Assembly (NCBI RefSeq): GCF_002105155.1
Contig: NW_019029016.1
Span: 310,001-374,000 of the forward strand
Direction: 5' to 3'
Length of the DNA stretch: 64,000 bases
DNA from: Lobosporangium transversale
Lineage: Eukaryota
Shown here: positions 48,110 to 62,613 of the stretch, one piece after another
How the letters are laid out: every line of letters begins with the position of its first letter
Position numbering within the stretch: the stretch's first letter is position 1
Translations under genes and position numbers: made by a program
The notes under the pieces: model-generated
Database searches by the model: none
The model's input: the letters and a program-made list of their open reading frames with translations, nothing else
What the model was told of the DNA's origin: nothing

Positions 48110-49970
48110 CTTTAAACAGATTAAATAGACGAAAGCAATGGAGACAAACGCCTGGGAAAATTGATTTAAAAACTCTTTATCGGGAACTTTCGAATAATAC
48201 AACATGCAGCCTATTATGTATAGCTACTGCATCCGCCTGATGAGAACATAGTACATTATCGTGGAGGACCCTGTCCGGGTTTTTCCTTCTGTGGCAGCCC
48301 AAGGCCTTGACTTCAAATAGCTCCATGTCCTTGCCAATCAATCCAAACACATGTCGAAAGGATGAATAACTACTTTGGAGAAATAACTGTCTCTCATTCA
48401 TCATAGGGAGGATGCTGCCTTCAGGGGGCCTGGGAGAGGTTGACCCTGGTCTGATCACCTTCATATGCGTCATATATCTACCCATCCCGCTATTCATGGT
48501 TGCGAAACGCTCTGCTCTCCGCACTTTGCCCACTAAAAAAGTTCTACCAAGCGTGGAATATGCTCTAGATGAGGGATTTTTAATTGACCTCTTCCACAGC
48601 ACAACAAAAATTCTGGTCGGTGTTTACTGCTGTCATGAACGCGTTTTTGAGGAATATGAAGGCATCGCAATGAGGGCAGCAGGTCATCGGCTCTAAGCGA
48701 TGCTTATGGCGCTTGGTGCCGAGGCCTGAGATCAAATCTTTTTGGAATCTCTTTCTACTGAGAGAGAGGGAGCCATCTTCATTTTCATGCTAGGAGTTCG
48801 CACTACTATATTCAGATAGACCCACAAATTTACAAATATGTTATAAGGATTTCTTTAAATTGATTATATTTTTTTTAAAAATAAAATAAAAAAATAAAAT
48901 AAAAAAAAAAAGAGGTAAAAAGAAAGGCATACTCTCAATTACGGTTCTGGCCTGGGCAATTGCATACTACATACTCAAGCTACAGAAGATTGATAGGTAG
49001 ACTGTATTCTGAAGACAAGCGCATCAGATATAAAGTAAATGTAATACGAAAATAAAAGGAAATAAACAATAAACAAAAAGTAGTCTTCCTTCGCCTTCAT
49101 GTGGGTCTTTCATTTTCAGTTTCAGGGTCATAGTCAAAGCTTTGCCCGCTCCATGATTGACTTCGTTTTGCATATGACCGCTAAGGCAATGGACAGTAAA
49201 AATCTGTTAAAGTCATATTGGTGGCGAGGATGATTATACCGAAGCATTGAAAATATGTAGAACCTGCCCCTCAGTACTTGGGCATGTATTTCGATTATAC
49301 CCTGGGCAGCTGCAAGTGCTACACACATGCATCCTTGGGGGCTGTCTGACAGTATCTGTCTATATCCTCGGCTTCATTCTAGATAATAAATTTTGACACT
49401 TTTATTCCAGGCGATTTTCCTTGAAAACGCTTGACTTCATCCCTGCCTGCTTGTTTGTACAGCTTCGTGTTCAAAGGCTCCACTTCAAATAACAGCTCTG
49501 TCAAGCAACTGGGGCAATTGACGGATGCAGCTTCATAGTTCACACACGTCCCATACATCTCCAGAAACCGTGGCTGGTAAACTGGTGGTGGAGGAGTTGC
49601 AGGAGCTGGCTGCTTGGAGAAGGACAAATACACCTATATTGGGAAGAATAGCCAATGTTCAAGAATGTCTTATAACCAATTTCGACTGCAACCTCGACTC
49701 TTCCTGCCTTTTCTTCTTCAAGTACTCTTACCTCTCGCTCATTCCTCTCCTCTTCTTTTCTCTCTTGCCCGAAAAAGGCAAAAAGGGCGTACTCGTTGAT
49801 AGAGCTGTAGATCCTGTCATACAGTCTCTCCTCAACCTCCTCCGCTGGTTGCTGACTTTATAGTAGTTCCTCTTCAGTGCCCATGAATCGTTCTTTGATA
49901 CGTTGACAGCCCGCCGAGCTCGTCGTGCTTGAATAATACGTTGTACACCAGGCGTCGATCCATCCAAACA
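47691..49970 (-). mobile_element. Decayed, rearranged Helitron 5' region, same family as 56562-63476
   Basis: 48400-49140 aligns to the RepHel 5' exons; 49380-49970 and 47691-48077 align to accessory ORF 62614-63228. Confidence 0.85.
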
Positions 49971-51169
49971 TGTAATAGGTGAAGTTGTGGAAGGAAGGAA
50001 CAGAGATATAACATTGAGGAAGCCAATTATTGATAAACGCTACTTGACTTTCGTGCTGATTAATTAGACAAAATGACAAGCAAAATTATTTTTGCATTCT
50101 TGATGGCGATTCTTTTAAGCAACGATACAATTGGATCTCCGGAACCTTTTTTTTTTTTTTTTTTTTGGATTCATTGATGGCTTGTAAAGCATATCCAAGT
50201 TTGTGAGAGGGCATCAGAGTGCAAGCTACCAGTGGATAGTACTTTGTTCGCCAAGGAAACAGCAGGTCTACTGCTTTTATCGAGGATCGTCATCCTCAAA
50301 TACTGCCTTTCCATTCCAGGGTCTGCCAAACCTCAAGTGCAAGTTGGATGATACTCCAAGTTTGTCTTGCCACGTTCATGGATGTATTTTCGGCATTGTT
50401 CACCATGCTCATTACCCAGCTGAACCTTCAATCAACCACAGCATCAACATTATGGACCGTTGTGCAAAATGGGTTTGTTTCAGCTATCCCAATTTTAGCA
50501 ATGAGACGACACTTCGACTTGTTGTAGATGAAGCATGAATTCTTGGCAACCAAGGATATGGGTTATTTATGTCGCCATCATCTGCAGCCTCAGATCCTCG
50601 ACTGATATTATCTCCAGTCCTTTATTTTTTATTTTTTGCAGCTTAACCATGTTAATAAAATAATTTGGCTGTTCCTTCGCGATGGAAAGTGTATTTTCTT
50701 CTTCTCCATTTCATTCCTAAGTGCATTAGCACCAACTCTCTCACTCTCATCAGCCTTGCCCTGATGGCACTAAATTAATTTTAACCCAATCATACCAAAA
50801 TGACAAGCAAATAAAAAAAACTCTTTTACTCTTTTGCATTCTCGATGGCAATTTGCCGCTTTCCAGTATCATAGTTAATACAGATCGCGTATTTGATTCG
50901 TATTATAAACCACATTGCGATTAGAATCGCCAATACTGACAATACAATCGATAGCCTCAGAGAGAATTTAATTGCATTCAGAAACATTTTGATGTAGACT
51001 CGTTGAGTCTTTGACATGTGTCCATTCCAATCGGAGATGATGAGGACAAGCCTATTTTATTTGATGACTAACATTATTGTTCCGTGAGTTTTGGCAGGTG
51101 AGGATTATTCCGATTAGCATTTGCATCAGGTCAAGCATTCATTAATTAATGCTTCTTTTTTTTAGATGC

Positions 51170-51613
51170 ATTATGCAACCATTGTTATTCAAAGACAACA
51201 ACTGTGTCAAATTCCTCAAAAGCCGCCTCTCAGTAGATCAATCTTGCCATCTCGCAAGCACAGAGCGAAAGAATTGGCAATAAAGCAGTGTTCTCTATGA
51301 CTATGCTCTTGCTTCTCATGACTGGTGTGGTATAGATTCTACGACATTCATCTTCCAGCTAGGCCATACTCAGGTGCAGACTACCTGAACAGTAAAGGAC
51401 TACATCACCGTTTTCTAGGTTTTCAAATGATTGAGTACATTTGGGTTTACATTGGAAGGAGCTTGACGACAATAAAAAACACCGAGGCGAGTGAATGAGC
51501 TGTACAAGATATTTGGATGTGCATACTTATTGAGGTTATCCAAATATTGTACAATGCTTGTCAAGGCATTTCAAGAAACTTCATAAAGTCAAAGGATATC
51601 ACATCAAGTATTA
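51170..51613 (+). pseudogene. Tc1-like transposase C-terminal relic
   Basis: MIEYIWVYI, VQDIW and KVKGYHIKY* remnants. Confidence 0.5.
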
Positions 51614-52504
51614 ATGGCTTGACGAAAGTAGACACGCAGCTCCAGCAGAGACCTCTGCTAAAACGAACATTTCGAGGAAAACCATTGCATTGAGTACTAA
51701 AACTGAAAAAAAAAGGAAAGTAGATCAAGATCTGTTCTTTCGGTGAGGAAAGGCCACCATGGATGGGATATTAATCCAAAGGCTTGAGAGTGAGCAACGA
51801 TTTTTTTTTTCTCAGTCAAAAGTAGAGAAAGCATTTGTGAATTCAAAGTCGTGTCTTCAAACTGAGATATATATTTGTGCCCACAGAAAGGGTATGACTG
51901 CACACTCAAAAGTGTTTCATCATTGAAATAATAATTTCAATCGGAATTAAAAATGATCAGTTAATCAGATTTTCAATGTGTTCAATCATCAACCAGATTG
52001 GTTTGTGTTAAGTGACATACAAGAGATGTGCTCAATGCTAGGCATCCACAAGAGTTTAATGAGTCCATCAGACACATCTTTCTGGTTGTAACATTTACAT
52101 GTATATAGTCACACCTCGATGCAGACAAACTGAACTGAAGGAATGGAGAAGCTTAAAAATAACAGAAATGGAAGGGTGAAACATCTCGCGGGGCAAACGG
52201 TTTTAGATGCTCTCCTTCCAGGCTCTCAAATCAATATTGTTATTATTTGAATGTTCCACAAGAAACAAAATCTCTCCATCAATCTCACTTGATGTCAATC
52301 TCTCAATCTCTTCATTCGTCCAATGTCATGATGGAGCACATGGACTTTTGTTTTATTTCTATTGATGACTGTAGTTACACCACCAAAGCAGTTGTTGAAA
52401 GACGTTAACAGGATGAACTAGTGTATTTGTTATATTTATTTCAATTTCTAATTAAGAATTAAATGGTAAATTGGATAGAGAGGAGAGAGTGATGATAATG
52501 TTAT

Positions 52505-53254
52505 TTACTTCTTGGGCTTGTTATACTTTGCAAAGTGGATCTTTCGGCATCCTCCTCGGCACTTGTGGAGTGCTCTTCTGAATCCTGGCAAGGTGCGGGT
52601 TCTGAACTCGGTCCATTGCTTGTTGGTGAATCTATCCTTTCTATAGTTGAACCTCTTGGAGAAGTAAACATCCTCGTTTTTACCTAGCGTTTTAGAATTG
52701 CACAAAACGTAGGCTTCAAACTTGGCTCTTGTGACCTTTGAAGCTTTACCCTTCAACTTTCTGAGCTCTTTAAGGCATGGCTAGTATTCGTTTTTTTTTT
52801 TTTTTTTTTTTTTTTTTTGGGAAACAAAGAATTAATTCATTAGTCCAAGTGAATCATTAAAAAAAAAAAAAAAAAAAAAAAAAAACTTTTTCTATCGAGC
52901 GAAGAGAAGTAAAACAAATAAAAAAAAAATTGGTACCTGAACAATTGGCTGCATATTCTTCACCATGTAAGGCATTCTTCCGTGAGGATTCATTCTCATG
53001 AATTTATCCACTGTGTGATCTGGTTTATGACCAAATGGTGGTTTGAGGGAAATGCATTGGGCTTGGCAGTCAACTACACGAGCCATATCCTCTGGTGACC
53101 AATTAGGAGTTGGAGCAGGCTTAGGTTTGGGTGCAGGTGTAGGTGTTAGTGTAGATGTAGGTGTAGATGTAGGTGTAACCTTCTGGGCAGCGACTCCCAA
53201 TAAGACAATGCTCAGAGCCACTAAGGCTGACGAGAGTGATTTGATGGCAACCAT
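52505..53254 (-). CDS. Small secreted cationic Cys-containing protein, 197 aa; exons 53254-52937 and 52780-52505
   Basis: Signal-peptide-like N-terminus, T/P-rich linker, in-phase GT-AG intron, 6 Cys, K/R-rich. Confidence 0.82.
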
Positions 53255-54401
53255 GTTTAAAAGTTTAAAAGTGTAATGGAAAGGTGTGGGTGAGTGGTAG
53301 TAGTAAAAAAAAAAAAAAAAAAAAAAAAGTTGAGAAGAGCTTCATCCTTTTATACGCTCAATTTCTCCTGGGTCATTTAAATAAAATAAAGTTATTTTTA
53401 GTGCTCTTACACTAAACAAGCACTTTATTGATGGCAATTAACATGACTTGCTCTCACAGAATAGAGTTGGGACCATCCAGGGTATACACAGATGAGCGAT
53501 ATTTCAATATTCTTCACTAATGGACAGCTTCGTCTCTAGACCCTTTGAGGTCAACCAGCGCTTCACAATGCTTTTCATTGTTTCCACAAGTCCTTCTCAA
53601 CCCTTCATTCCAAACGCTTAATGTCAGTGTTACGAAAAGGTTGATATCGGATAATCCTTGGTACCTGAAGGGAAAAATACCTCTTTTATTGCTCTTTTTT
53701 TTTTTTTTATTTTACTTTTGGAATATAACTCAAACAAACATGTCCACGTACCAATTGCTACACGATGCTCTGAAGCTAAAGAGAAGGGAAACTTTCTTTT
53801 ATTAATATTTTCCCGTCATCTATTAAAAACACTGGAAGGTTTTTAGATATCTTTTTTTACGTATAAACTACATGTACATATATATATATAGTACATGTAC
53901 ATGTACTATAAAAGATAATCTTTCAGAACAAGGAAACAGAACAAGTGATAGAGTAGCAATTGCTTTCGAAGAAGAGGTAATATATATATATATAATACGT
54001 ACATATTATACAGATATTAGCTATACAATATCATCAACAACATTGAAAAACGGTTCATTTCCTTTTCCGAGCTCAAAAAAGACATTGCATTTTTGGCCAG
54101 ATTGATTATTACTTGTGTATTGAAAATAAAGGCTCAGAAAAGTGACTCTAGAAAAAATTTCGTCGTCAACAAATGGACGTGAAGGTCTTACTTAATAGAC
54201 TAACGCCAAAATCGAGGAGAAAGTCCTGGGTATGTGGAATATCTTCAATTAAACAAAGCTTGGTAAGGTGTTTGTTTGCTGCGCCAAATTCGGCAGTTCT
54301 ATACATTTCTCCTGAATGATGGTTTTAACCATGTTTAAAAAAAGTTTAAATTTATCCTTTCATTGCAGGCGGGAAAAGGTAATTAAGCCACTATAGAGAT
54401 A

Positions 54402-54452
54402 CGAGGTACAAGCCCGTAGGGTTGTCGCGATTGGCTCTTGTCTCTCTAGAAA
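54402..54452 (-). mobile_element. Degenerate Helitron 3' end
   Basis: Minus strand reads caagagcc, a decayed hairpin, then ctcg|t, parallel to 56562-56610. Confidence 0.55.
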
Positions 54453-55231
54453 GTTTATATTCTTTTTTTGATGATCTCTGTGTAATAAACGACAACAAAG
54501 AAAATCGTCAACATGATTAATGATTTTGTATAGGAACTGGAGCGATATTTGGATAGACAGTTTCAACTCAGCGTCTAGAGAGTAACAACAGGGTACTCAA
54601 GCACGTATTACTATTTTTCTATCTTTTTTTTTTTTTTTTTTTAATTTTTTAATTTTTTTTTATATATATCCCTCTGACTATGGAACTGATCGCAATCAGA
54701 TTAGGTCAACAGCTTCAAGTCGACGATACGGTTTCAGATGTGTGGCAATTCATAAACAAAAAATAATGTGACACAAGGAGGGCATCTAGCAAATACAGCC
54801 AGCACACAACAGATGAGGTCGAAGGCTTTGCTCAAACCTCCATTGCCCCTGCATGTCATCAATTTGAAAAGCATTGTCAAACTCTTAAGGCGCCTCTTGA
54901 AGTTAACCAAGCCCAAGCCAAGCCCAAGCCCAAGTCCCTCCGATATTTCATTTAGATAGTAAAATGTTGAAGCTTCACTTGTGAATTAGAGAGACTGGAG
55001 CTTGGAAATGTCAGCAGTGTATTTACGAATATAACCAGAGTCTTCTTAATGCTAGTTGTTGGAATAACCATCTTTGCTTTAGGCAGTATATCCCAAGGAT
55101 GGGTGAAGTCATTTTATACTGCATATTTCTCCCTTCAACCATTGGGTTGCGAGCCCGTGTATATATCACGTGATCCCACAGCACTTTACCACCCTCATTT
55201 TGGACTGAACATATTTTTTTGCAACATCTTT

Positions 55232-55265
<34 letters not shown>

Positions 55266-56124
55266 CACGATGTTGGTTGAGCAAAAGTAAAAACTCTTTT
55301 ACACACTCAGAACCATCTACTCACTGGTCCTTACGGTACCTCCATCATTTTGTTGCACAGTGCGCCTTGATTCTCCAGACTTTGAATAGCTGATTTTTCA
55401 ATGTCATTGTACATTTCCCTATCTTCTGAGCACCAATCCCTAAATAACAGCCTATTCTTCGATCGCTATCAGTTAATGCTCCTCATAGACCCCTTCAAGT
55501 TCTGTGCCACAATTGTAAATAGGACACTGGATGGGTTAGGTGACTTTCAATTCAACATGGAAGCCTTGACTTTTCACACTGCCTTGACTTTTCACACTTG
55601 GAGTTCTAAGCAAAAAAAATATATATTTATACAAGGCATAATAAACTGCCCCTGCACCAAGGTACCTATTCTCTGTGGCTCAAACATTTAAAAGCCAATA
55701 TCTCTGAAATTGCTGGAGCCATGAAGTCCCATCCAGCACCCATTTGAGAGGGAATCAAAATATCTTACCGCTAGTCAACTTTTACCAGATCCTACTAAGA
55801 GTGTCCTCAAAAAAAACTATTTTTTAATGTGTCAACCACGAACAATCCCCTTGGGAGTTATAGTGATGTTACATTGCCAGGCGGAGAGAAGCATTAAGGA
55901 AGGGAGTTACTCAACAGCACTCGTTGTAGGGCCGCAGGGGTGACACCTTGACTTGTTTTCGAACATGACAACTCTATTCTGCCTTGACAATAACCATTGA
56001 TTTAATTTATTATCCTGCCTTACTCAAGGGTATCATGCAATTAATGCATGCACGAAAAAAAAATTAATAAATAAGTTTTCTGATATTTGGTAATTTAAAA
56101 CACTCATTCTCCTTATTCATGCGA

Positions 56125-56159
<35 letters not shown>

Positions 56160-56951
56160 TTAATGGTCAGAATGAGTAATGGAGAGAGGATCAGCAGAAT
56201 TTACAGAATGAGCAAAGGATAGTCTGTTTAAATAAATGCAGTAAAGATTTCTGATACCTTTTTTTCGTTGCCAGTTAGATTGGCGTTATTTAGTTGATGG
56301 CGATCCATTCGTATTTGATACTATTATCATCAGGGTCTGTAGCGACTGGTGAAAAATAGGCTCTTGATCCAGGTTTATCCTCGGGCAAAACACTGAGTTC
56401 ATAGTGTCCCAAATAATCGGCCGGGCTGGTTGTCATAAAGGACAATGTTCCAGGGCGCGCTTTGGGGTTTCGAATAAAGTTTTGTCCAATTGTGGAGCCA
56501 TTGCAATCCCAAAGAGCTAATAATAAAAAATAAAAAAAATAAAAAAATATATATATAAATACGAGCCGGAGATCGTGGCTTCGCCACGGTCGGCTCTTGC
56601 CTCGTTAGAAAATTCAATGCTTAGCCTCGTAAGACAACAAAAAGAAACATTGTCTACAGCAGCAAAAGGTTTATATTTTGACATAGGAATGAAGACAATA
56701 AACTCACGTAGGCCTTTGGCCTTTTACTACTGTAAAAATTATGTGTAAACTGCACGTTTTTTTTATTACAAAACTAAAATACAAAGCTAAAATACAGTAG
56801 ATAAAACGCAATAAAGTAGAATACAAAATATACAAAATAAAATACAGACGAAACTACAATCAAGAGGGAGAATATCTGGTAATCACAACATTTGATAGAT
56901 TAACGACGGCGAGGAGGTAACGCAGTAAATGGCAATCAAAAGACAATGTGG

Positions 56952-59900
56952 CTATAGAGCATCTTTGAAGACAATGTTCCGTGTGTATGTTCCTAGCCTA
57001 TCTCTTACCTTGCCGTTCGCGATAAGTACCTTAAGATTATTTGGGTCTGTACACCGTGACAAAGCAACGTAGAGATGACCATGACTGAAAACATCTTGAG
57101 GAAGATAAACACCAACATGTTTGAGTGTCTGTCCCTGGGACTTGTTGACGGTCATGGCGAAGGCAGGCTTGACTGGAAATTGTCGTCTGCAGAACATGAT
57201 CGGAGAAGAATGATCATCAAGTGTCGTAAGCGGTATGCGAGGAATAAAGACACACTCTCCTTGAAATTGTCCTTTCATAATCTCGGCCTGGATCATTCTT
57301 GTGCCTAATGCACGTACAATCATGCGAGTACCATTACATAGTCCGCGCTTTGGGTTCAAATTGCGAAGAAGGATGACGGGCTGACCAACCTTTAGCTCCA
57401 GTTTAAACGGAGGCAAGCCTGGCGGGGAGAGGTTGTTCAGGTATTCCACAGGATAGTGAGCCGTAGCTGCTGCTTCGGGGTCTTGAAGGCTATCTTGACC
57501 AATATAACTGACTGACTGCTGGGTGCTACAGAGCATACTGGTGGCTAGTTGATTCAGTTTATCGACATCCTCATTAAGGGGACTCAAGATAGCGCGCTCA
57601 ATGAGCATCTCAGGAAGGAGTCTAGCATTTTCGATATCCGGAAATATCTGCTTAATGAGTAATCGCTCATGTTCATAGTCCTTATTCACAGCTGAGGCTT
57701 CCAGGACTAAATTGTCGGGTATCCTGACATAGTCTCCATGTGTGCCAATGGTAACTGTCTGCTCTGTTCCTTCACCAATTCGAAGCAGCCATTCAACGAA
57801 CGCTTGGTTTTCAGGATGGCTATTAACTCGCATATTCTTGCTCAGCCTGAGTGTTGTCACTGAGGGCCAAATATAAGACCTTTTCAATGAAGCATCCTCA
57901 ATTTGAGCCTGGGTCCCACGGACGACAACCGGAAGTACCTGCCTGAAGTCGCCTCCAAAAACAAATACCTTGCCACCAAATAGAGTGTCCTGCTCCATAA
58001 TATCCCGAAGCAGCCTGTCAACAGCCTCAAAACAATGCTTATGCTGCAATGGAGCCTCATCCCAGAAGACGACGGCAGCATTACGTATTTTGACTGCAGC
58101 ATCTTGCCGCATGCTAAGGTTACAGATGGAGCGACAGTCCACTGGAATTGGTATCTTAAACGTGGAGTGGGCTGTATGACCATCATGAAGGATGAGAGAG
58201 GCGATCCCTGATGAGGCAACGGCAATCACATTTAGTTTATGTTGGCCAGTGATGCAGCCAATGAGTGTGTTGTATAAAAATGATTTGCCTGTTCCTCCTG
58301 GCCCATCAATAAAAAACAATCTCTCATGGACCTCGCTTTTGGCTGCTTTAATGATGTGCTCGAAGGCGATTCTCTGATCGGAATTCAAGTGAACCACATT
58401 ATTTAGCGCCTCTTGTTCAAATCTCCATTGTTTGTGTGCTTCATCGGCCTGCTCTTCCCTCTGTAAGGCATTGTCAAACTCTTGAGGCATCTCTGAAAAG
58501 TTAGCTAGGCAAGACCCAAGCTCCTTTAGTATTTCATTTAGGTCGTAAAGTGCTAAGCTTATAGCCTGTTCCTCTGCGTTGCTGCCTGCAGTAATAGTAG
58601 TCGTTTCTCCTTGTAGCCCTCTACACCTATGAAGGAAGTCTTCAGATAGGTCCCCCATGAAGCGAGTCCATAAACTCAGCGGCTCGGACAGGCTACAGTT
58701 GACCATCATAAGAGCAAATAGATGTCGCAGCATCCTAGGTGATTGATATGCAGATGCTTCTTCTAAGCAACGACACCATTCTTCATCATCCTCAAGTAGA
58801 CCATGAGCAAGAGCAGCGGAATAGAACGTATCAAAAGTCTGGTTGGTTTCTGGTATCGTACGAAGCTCTGCAAAGCTCTTTGCTCCTTTGACGTGCATAA
58901 GCAATAGTCGAAGACAGTATCGCTCACGTTCTTTTGGCTGGACAAAATACATCCTGGAGAGAACCTTCGTACTATTGGCCCTAACCCTCGCCTTCCAGCT
59001 CCTGCTGCGCTTGTGCCATGTATAGTGGTAAGGTGTATCTGGATACAAATAGTATTCTGATACGCTGATATCGCCCGCAGTTTCTGCATTTGCCGCGATT
59101 GCAGCTTCTGCCCTTAAAATCTCCTTCTCGGTCGCGGCGTTGAGCTTGAACCAAGCCATTAGCTGGGTGTCTTGTCCACGGGAGACGACGTCTTCGAGGT
59201 TAGCATCGGAATTGAAGATCACTTGTTGCTGGTCTTCTAGATGAAGAGACAGTCGAACGACATTATGAGACTGTCCATATAATGCAAAACCATAGATGCG
59301 CCATAAACTCTCGCAAGTAGGCACGTAGCGGCTATCCCTATAGTTGGTGACTTCATCAGTATTATCAACTTCCCCATCTGCCGCTACAACAGCGATTGAT
59401 GCTCTGTCATGGCCCTTGTGCACATATTTGTAAATATATTTAACCGACGAAACCGACCCACATATTTCGACGTTAATATGCGCATTATACTTGGTGGAAA
59501 GCCATAAGTTGTGGGGAACAACCCAAGTGTTGTCGATGGTGTTGCCTTTTGAGTTGACGAAGGAACGTTCAGGATTGTTAGGTCGACGGTAATTTGGATA
59601 GCCGTCTTCGCTTCTTGTGGTAGTTTCCAAGAACAAACGCGGGTACTTTTTACTGCATTTCCCTTCGACCATGCATGGTGCTCGAGGATTATGAACTCCA
59701 CATGGCCCATGTATCATGTGGGATGTCACTGTCTCGTACGCTAGTGGGGCGCTATTTCGATCAGGAATTTCTGCAGACACAAAAGAGTCAAAATGGTCTG
59801 TTGTTCGAGGCTTGTCCCTGTCATCAAGGATTATGAGGAGGTGCTGGTGCGGCAGACCACGTTTCTGGAACTCAACGACCCAATTGTAGGCGATACCTTC

Positions 59901-61474
59901 CCTAGGGTATCTTTTTTGAAAAGATCGTGCTCTAGAGCCTTCTTCTTGAGGTTGAACACACGCACACAAAGGTCCGGCCGGTCAGCTGCTGTTTGGCCTT
60001 CATAAAGGGCCTCCTGAATCTCTGGCCATTGAGGATTACATGTAAAGGTGATAAAGAGGTCGGGTTTGCCAAACTTGCGGACCATGGCAATGGCATCCTG
60101 GAACAGCTGCTGCATAAACCTAGGGCCTCCGACATAGGAAGATGGTAGGATGATTCGCTTCCCAATATTCTCTGGTCTGAGATTCAACTCAATCGCATCT
60201 ACTACACCTAGGTATGCATCTGCTTTCAGTTTAGATTGGTTCAAACTGATATAAAGAAGCCGAGATGTCTCCAACTTGTAATATTGGTCAACAATATATT
60301 GGTGTGCCAAGCGTGGAAGGAGCCAAATATAGGACCGTCGGTCTGTTGGGCTCATTGGACGATTCTGCAGTCTGTACGCGTAAAACTCCCTCTGACTGAC
60401 GAAATCTCGTCTTTTCCTTGTCCGAACCTCGTTGATCTCTATCTGTTCATCCTCAGTCCTTTCGTCGTCGCTGCCTTCAGGGGACCCTGCAGAGGCTGAT
60501 TCTGGCCTAGTCGTCTTCCTATATGTGCCGTATGTCCATCCATCCTCTCCGTTCGGATGCAAGAGTACGTAATGAAGGCTATCGTAAGATCGATGGGTTT
60601 CGTCAATCCTCTGTAAACCACCTCCCCTGTACTCAATAATGATATCCCTTTCTCTGACTTCGCTACCATCGCCAGGCATCAAAACAGCGATTTCAGAGGA
60701 CGAAGGAAGATCATATTGTCTTTGGTTTTGGCCCCTTTGATTGCGTTTAGCACGGATGGCGATCCTCATTTGAGTATCTTGGCCGTTCGCGCGCTCCTTA
60801 ATATTCCTGAGCTGGCGGGCCATTGGGTGATGCTGTTCAAGAAGTTGCTGTAGTTCTATAAGCAAGTTATTATCAAGAGAGTCTTCGAAATAGCCGTTGC
60901 GGACTCTGGCCTGCTCTTGGGGGTCATGAATGTGACTGTGGATTTGCAAAAACTGGGGATCTATGCCTTCGGGCGGATTCATAGGACCAATCAAGTGAGC
61001 AATGCCGCCGATGATACGGAAGGTGTACACGCCTTGTTGGCCGTTTGCAAGGCTCCTATCATGGTTCACCTTCATTGATGTAAAGGAAAGAGCACAGTTG
61101 TATTGCCGTGCATGGCTGCGGAATGCTCTGCTTTCCGCATTTTGCTCTCCAAAAAGCTCTACCAAGCGTGGGATATGCCCTAGATGAGGGATTTTTATTT
61201 GACCTCTTCCACAACATAAGGAAAATTCTGGTCGTTGTCTGCTGCTGCCTTGGATGCGTTCTTCGATAAACATGAAGGCATCGCAATAAGGGCACTGGGT
61301 CATCGGTTCTAAGCGATGCCTATGGCGCTCGATATTAGGGCCTGAGACCAAATCTTCCCGGAATTTCCTTCTACCGAGAGGAAGGGTGTCATCTTCATCA
61401 CTATTGTATTTAGATAGAGCCCCGATTTTTTAAAAAAAAAAAAAAGAAAAAATTGAAAGGATTCGATTAAAATT

Positions 61475-61505
<31 letters not shown>

Positions 61506-61772
61506 TTACTTTATAACAGGACATGTGTTTCGGTTATGTCCTTGCTGATTGCATCTACTACATACTCGAGCTACGGGGGGTTGGCAGGTAGGTTGTATTC
61601 TGAAGACTGATGTCACATAAAATGCATATAATATGATATAGTACGAAAAAATTAAAAAAATTAAAAAAATTAAAAAAAAAAATAAAAAAAAAAAAAAAGG
61701 AAATAAAGAGTGAACAAAATGTAGCTCACCTTCGCCTTTGTGTGGGTCTCTCATTTTCGATATCAAGGTCAT
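56952..61772 (-). pseudogene. Helitron Rep/Pif1 helicase; exons 61772-61730, 61606-61510, 61400-56952 with one frameshift near 59895
   Basis: Zn knuckle CSRCNQQGHNRNTC, CPYC/CC, PDLFITFTCNP, EFQKRGLPHQH, KYIYKY, GPGGTGKS, DEAP, GDFRQ, KSQGQTL, LYVALSR. Confidence 0.96.
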
Positions 61773-62481
61773 GGTCTAAGCTTCGCTCGCGCACTGCTCC
61801 ATGATTGGCTTCATTTTGGATATGGCTGCTAAATCAATGGATCAATGGACAGTAATAATCCGTTATAAAGTCAAATCGATGGCGAGGAAGAGTATGATTA
61901 TATGAAATATTTAAAGTACGTAGAGCCCACCTTTCAGCACTCGGACATGTACTTCGATTATGTCCTGGGCGATTGCAAGTGCTACACATATGCGGCCTTT
62001 GGGGCTGGCTAACAATATTTGCCCTTATATATATATGATGAGAATAAAATAATAGAGGGCTAAATAAATAAAATAAAAAACAAAATAAAAAACAAATAAA
62101 ATAATCACTTCTTTACCCTCCCGTGGGACCAATAACCTGCTCCAGGCGTGAAGCGGAGGGAAGGTTTGTGCGAAGCTCAACACGCTCTGTTTTTTGAGGG
62201 CAGAGCCGCCTATCATGCTTTTCACTGTTGCACAGACTACAGGTGCGGACCATGTCTTTATGAAATCTAGGTGCTGAGAGAAAAATTCAAATTGACAATA
62301 TTGTAATTGTGTTGGGTGAAAAAGACAGAAAAGGCCTTTGGCAGCGCTGCCTACCTACTATATCCTCTACCACATTATCGATGGATAAGTTTTGACACTT
62401 TTATTCTATTTCACCGCCAGAAATAAAAACTGGTCAAAATGAGAATGATTTTTCATTTTGACCAGTCTTTATGGATTCTCC

Positions 62482-62579
62482 CAGTGCTCCTATTCGAACT
62501 GAAATTTTGTCAATTATGATGTTTCAGTTTAAAAAAATAAATATCAAATGACAAAATTTTAGTTCGAATAGGAGCACTG
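62482..62579. mobile_element. 98-bp hAT-type MITE nested in the Helitron
   Basis: 31-bp TIRs (1 mismatch) starting CAGTG; perfect 8-bp TSD gattctcc. Confidence 0.93.
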
Positions 62580-62613
62580 GATTCTCCTACAGAAAACAGA
62601 GCTCTGGCGACGT

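Noticed and set aside
50170..50700. Minus-strand coding relic
   Set aside because: Protein-like but stop-ridden, with no recognisable motif.
59880..59970. Programmed frameshift in RepHel
   Set aside because: A simple 1-bp deletion or sequencing error explains it; there is no slippery site at the inferred point.
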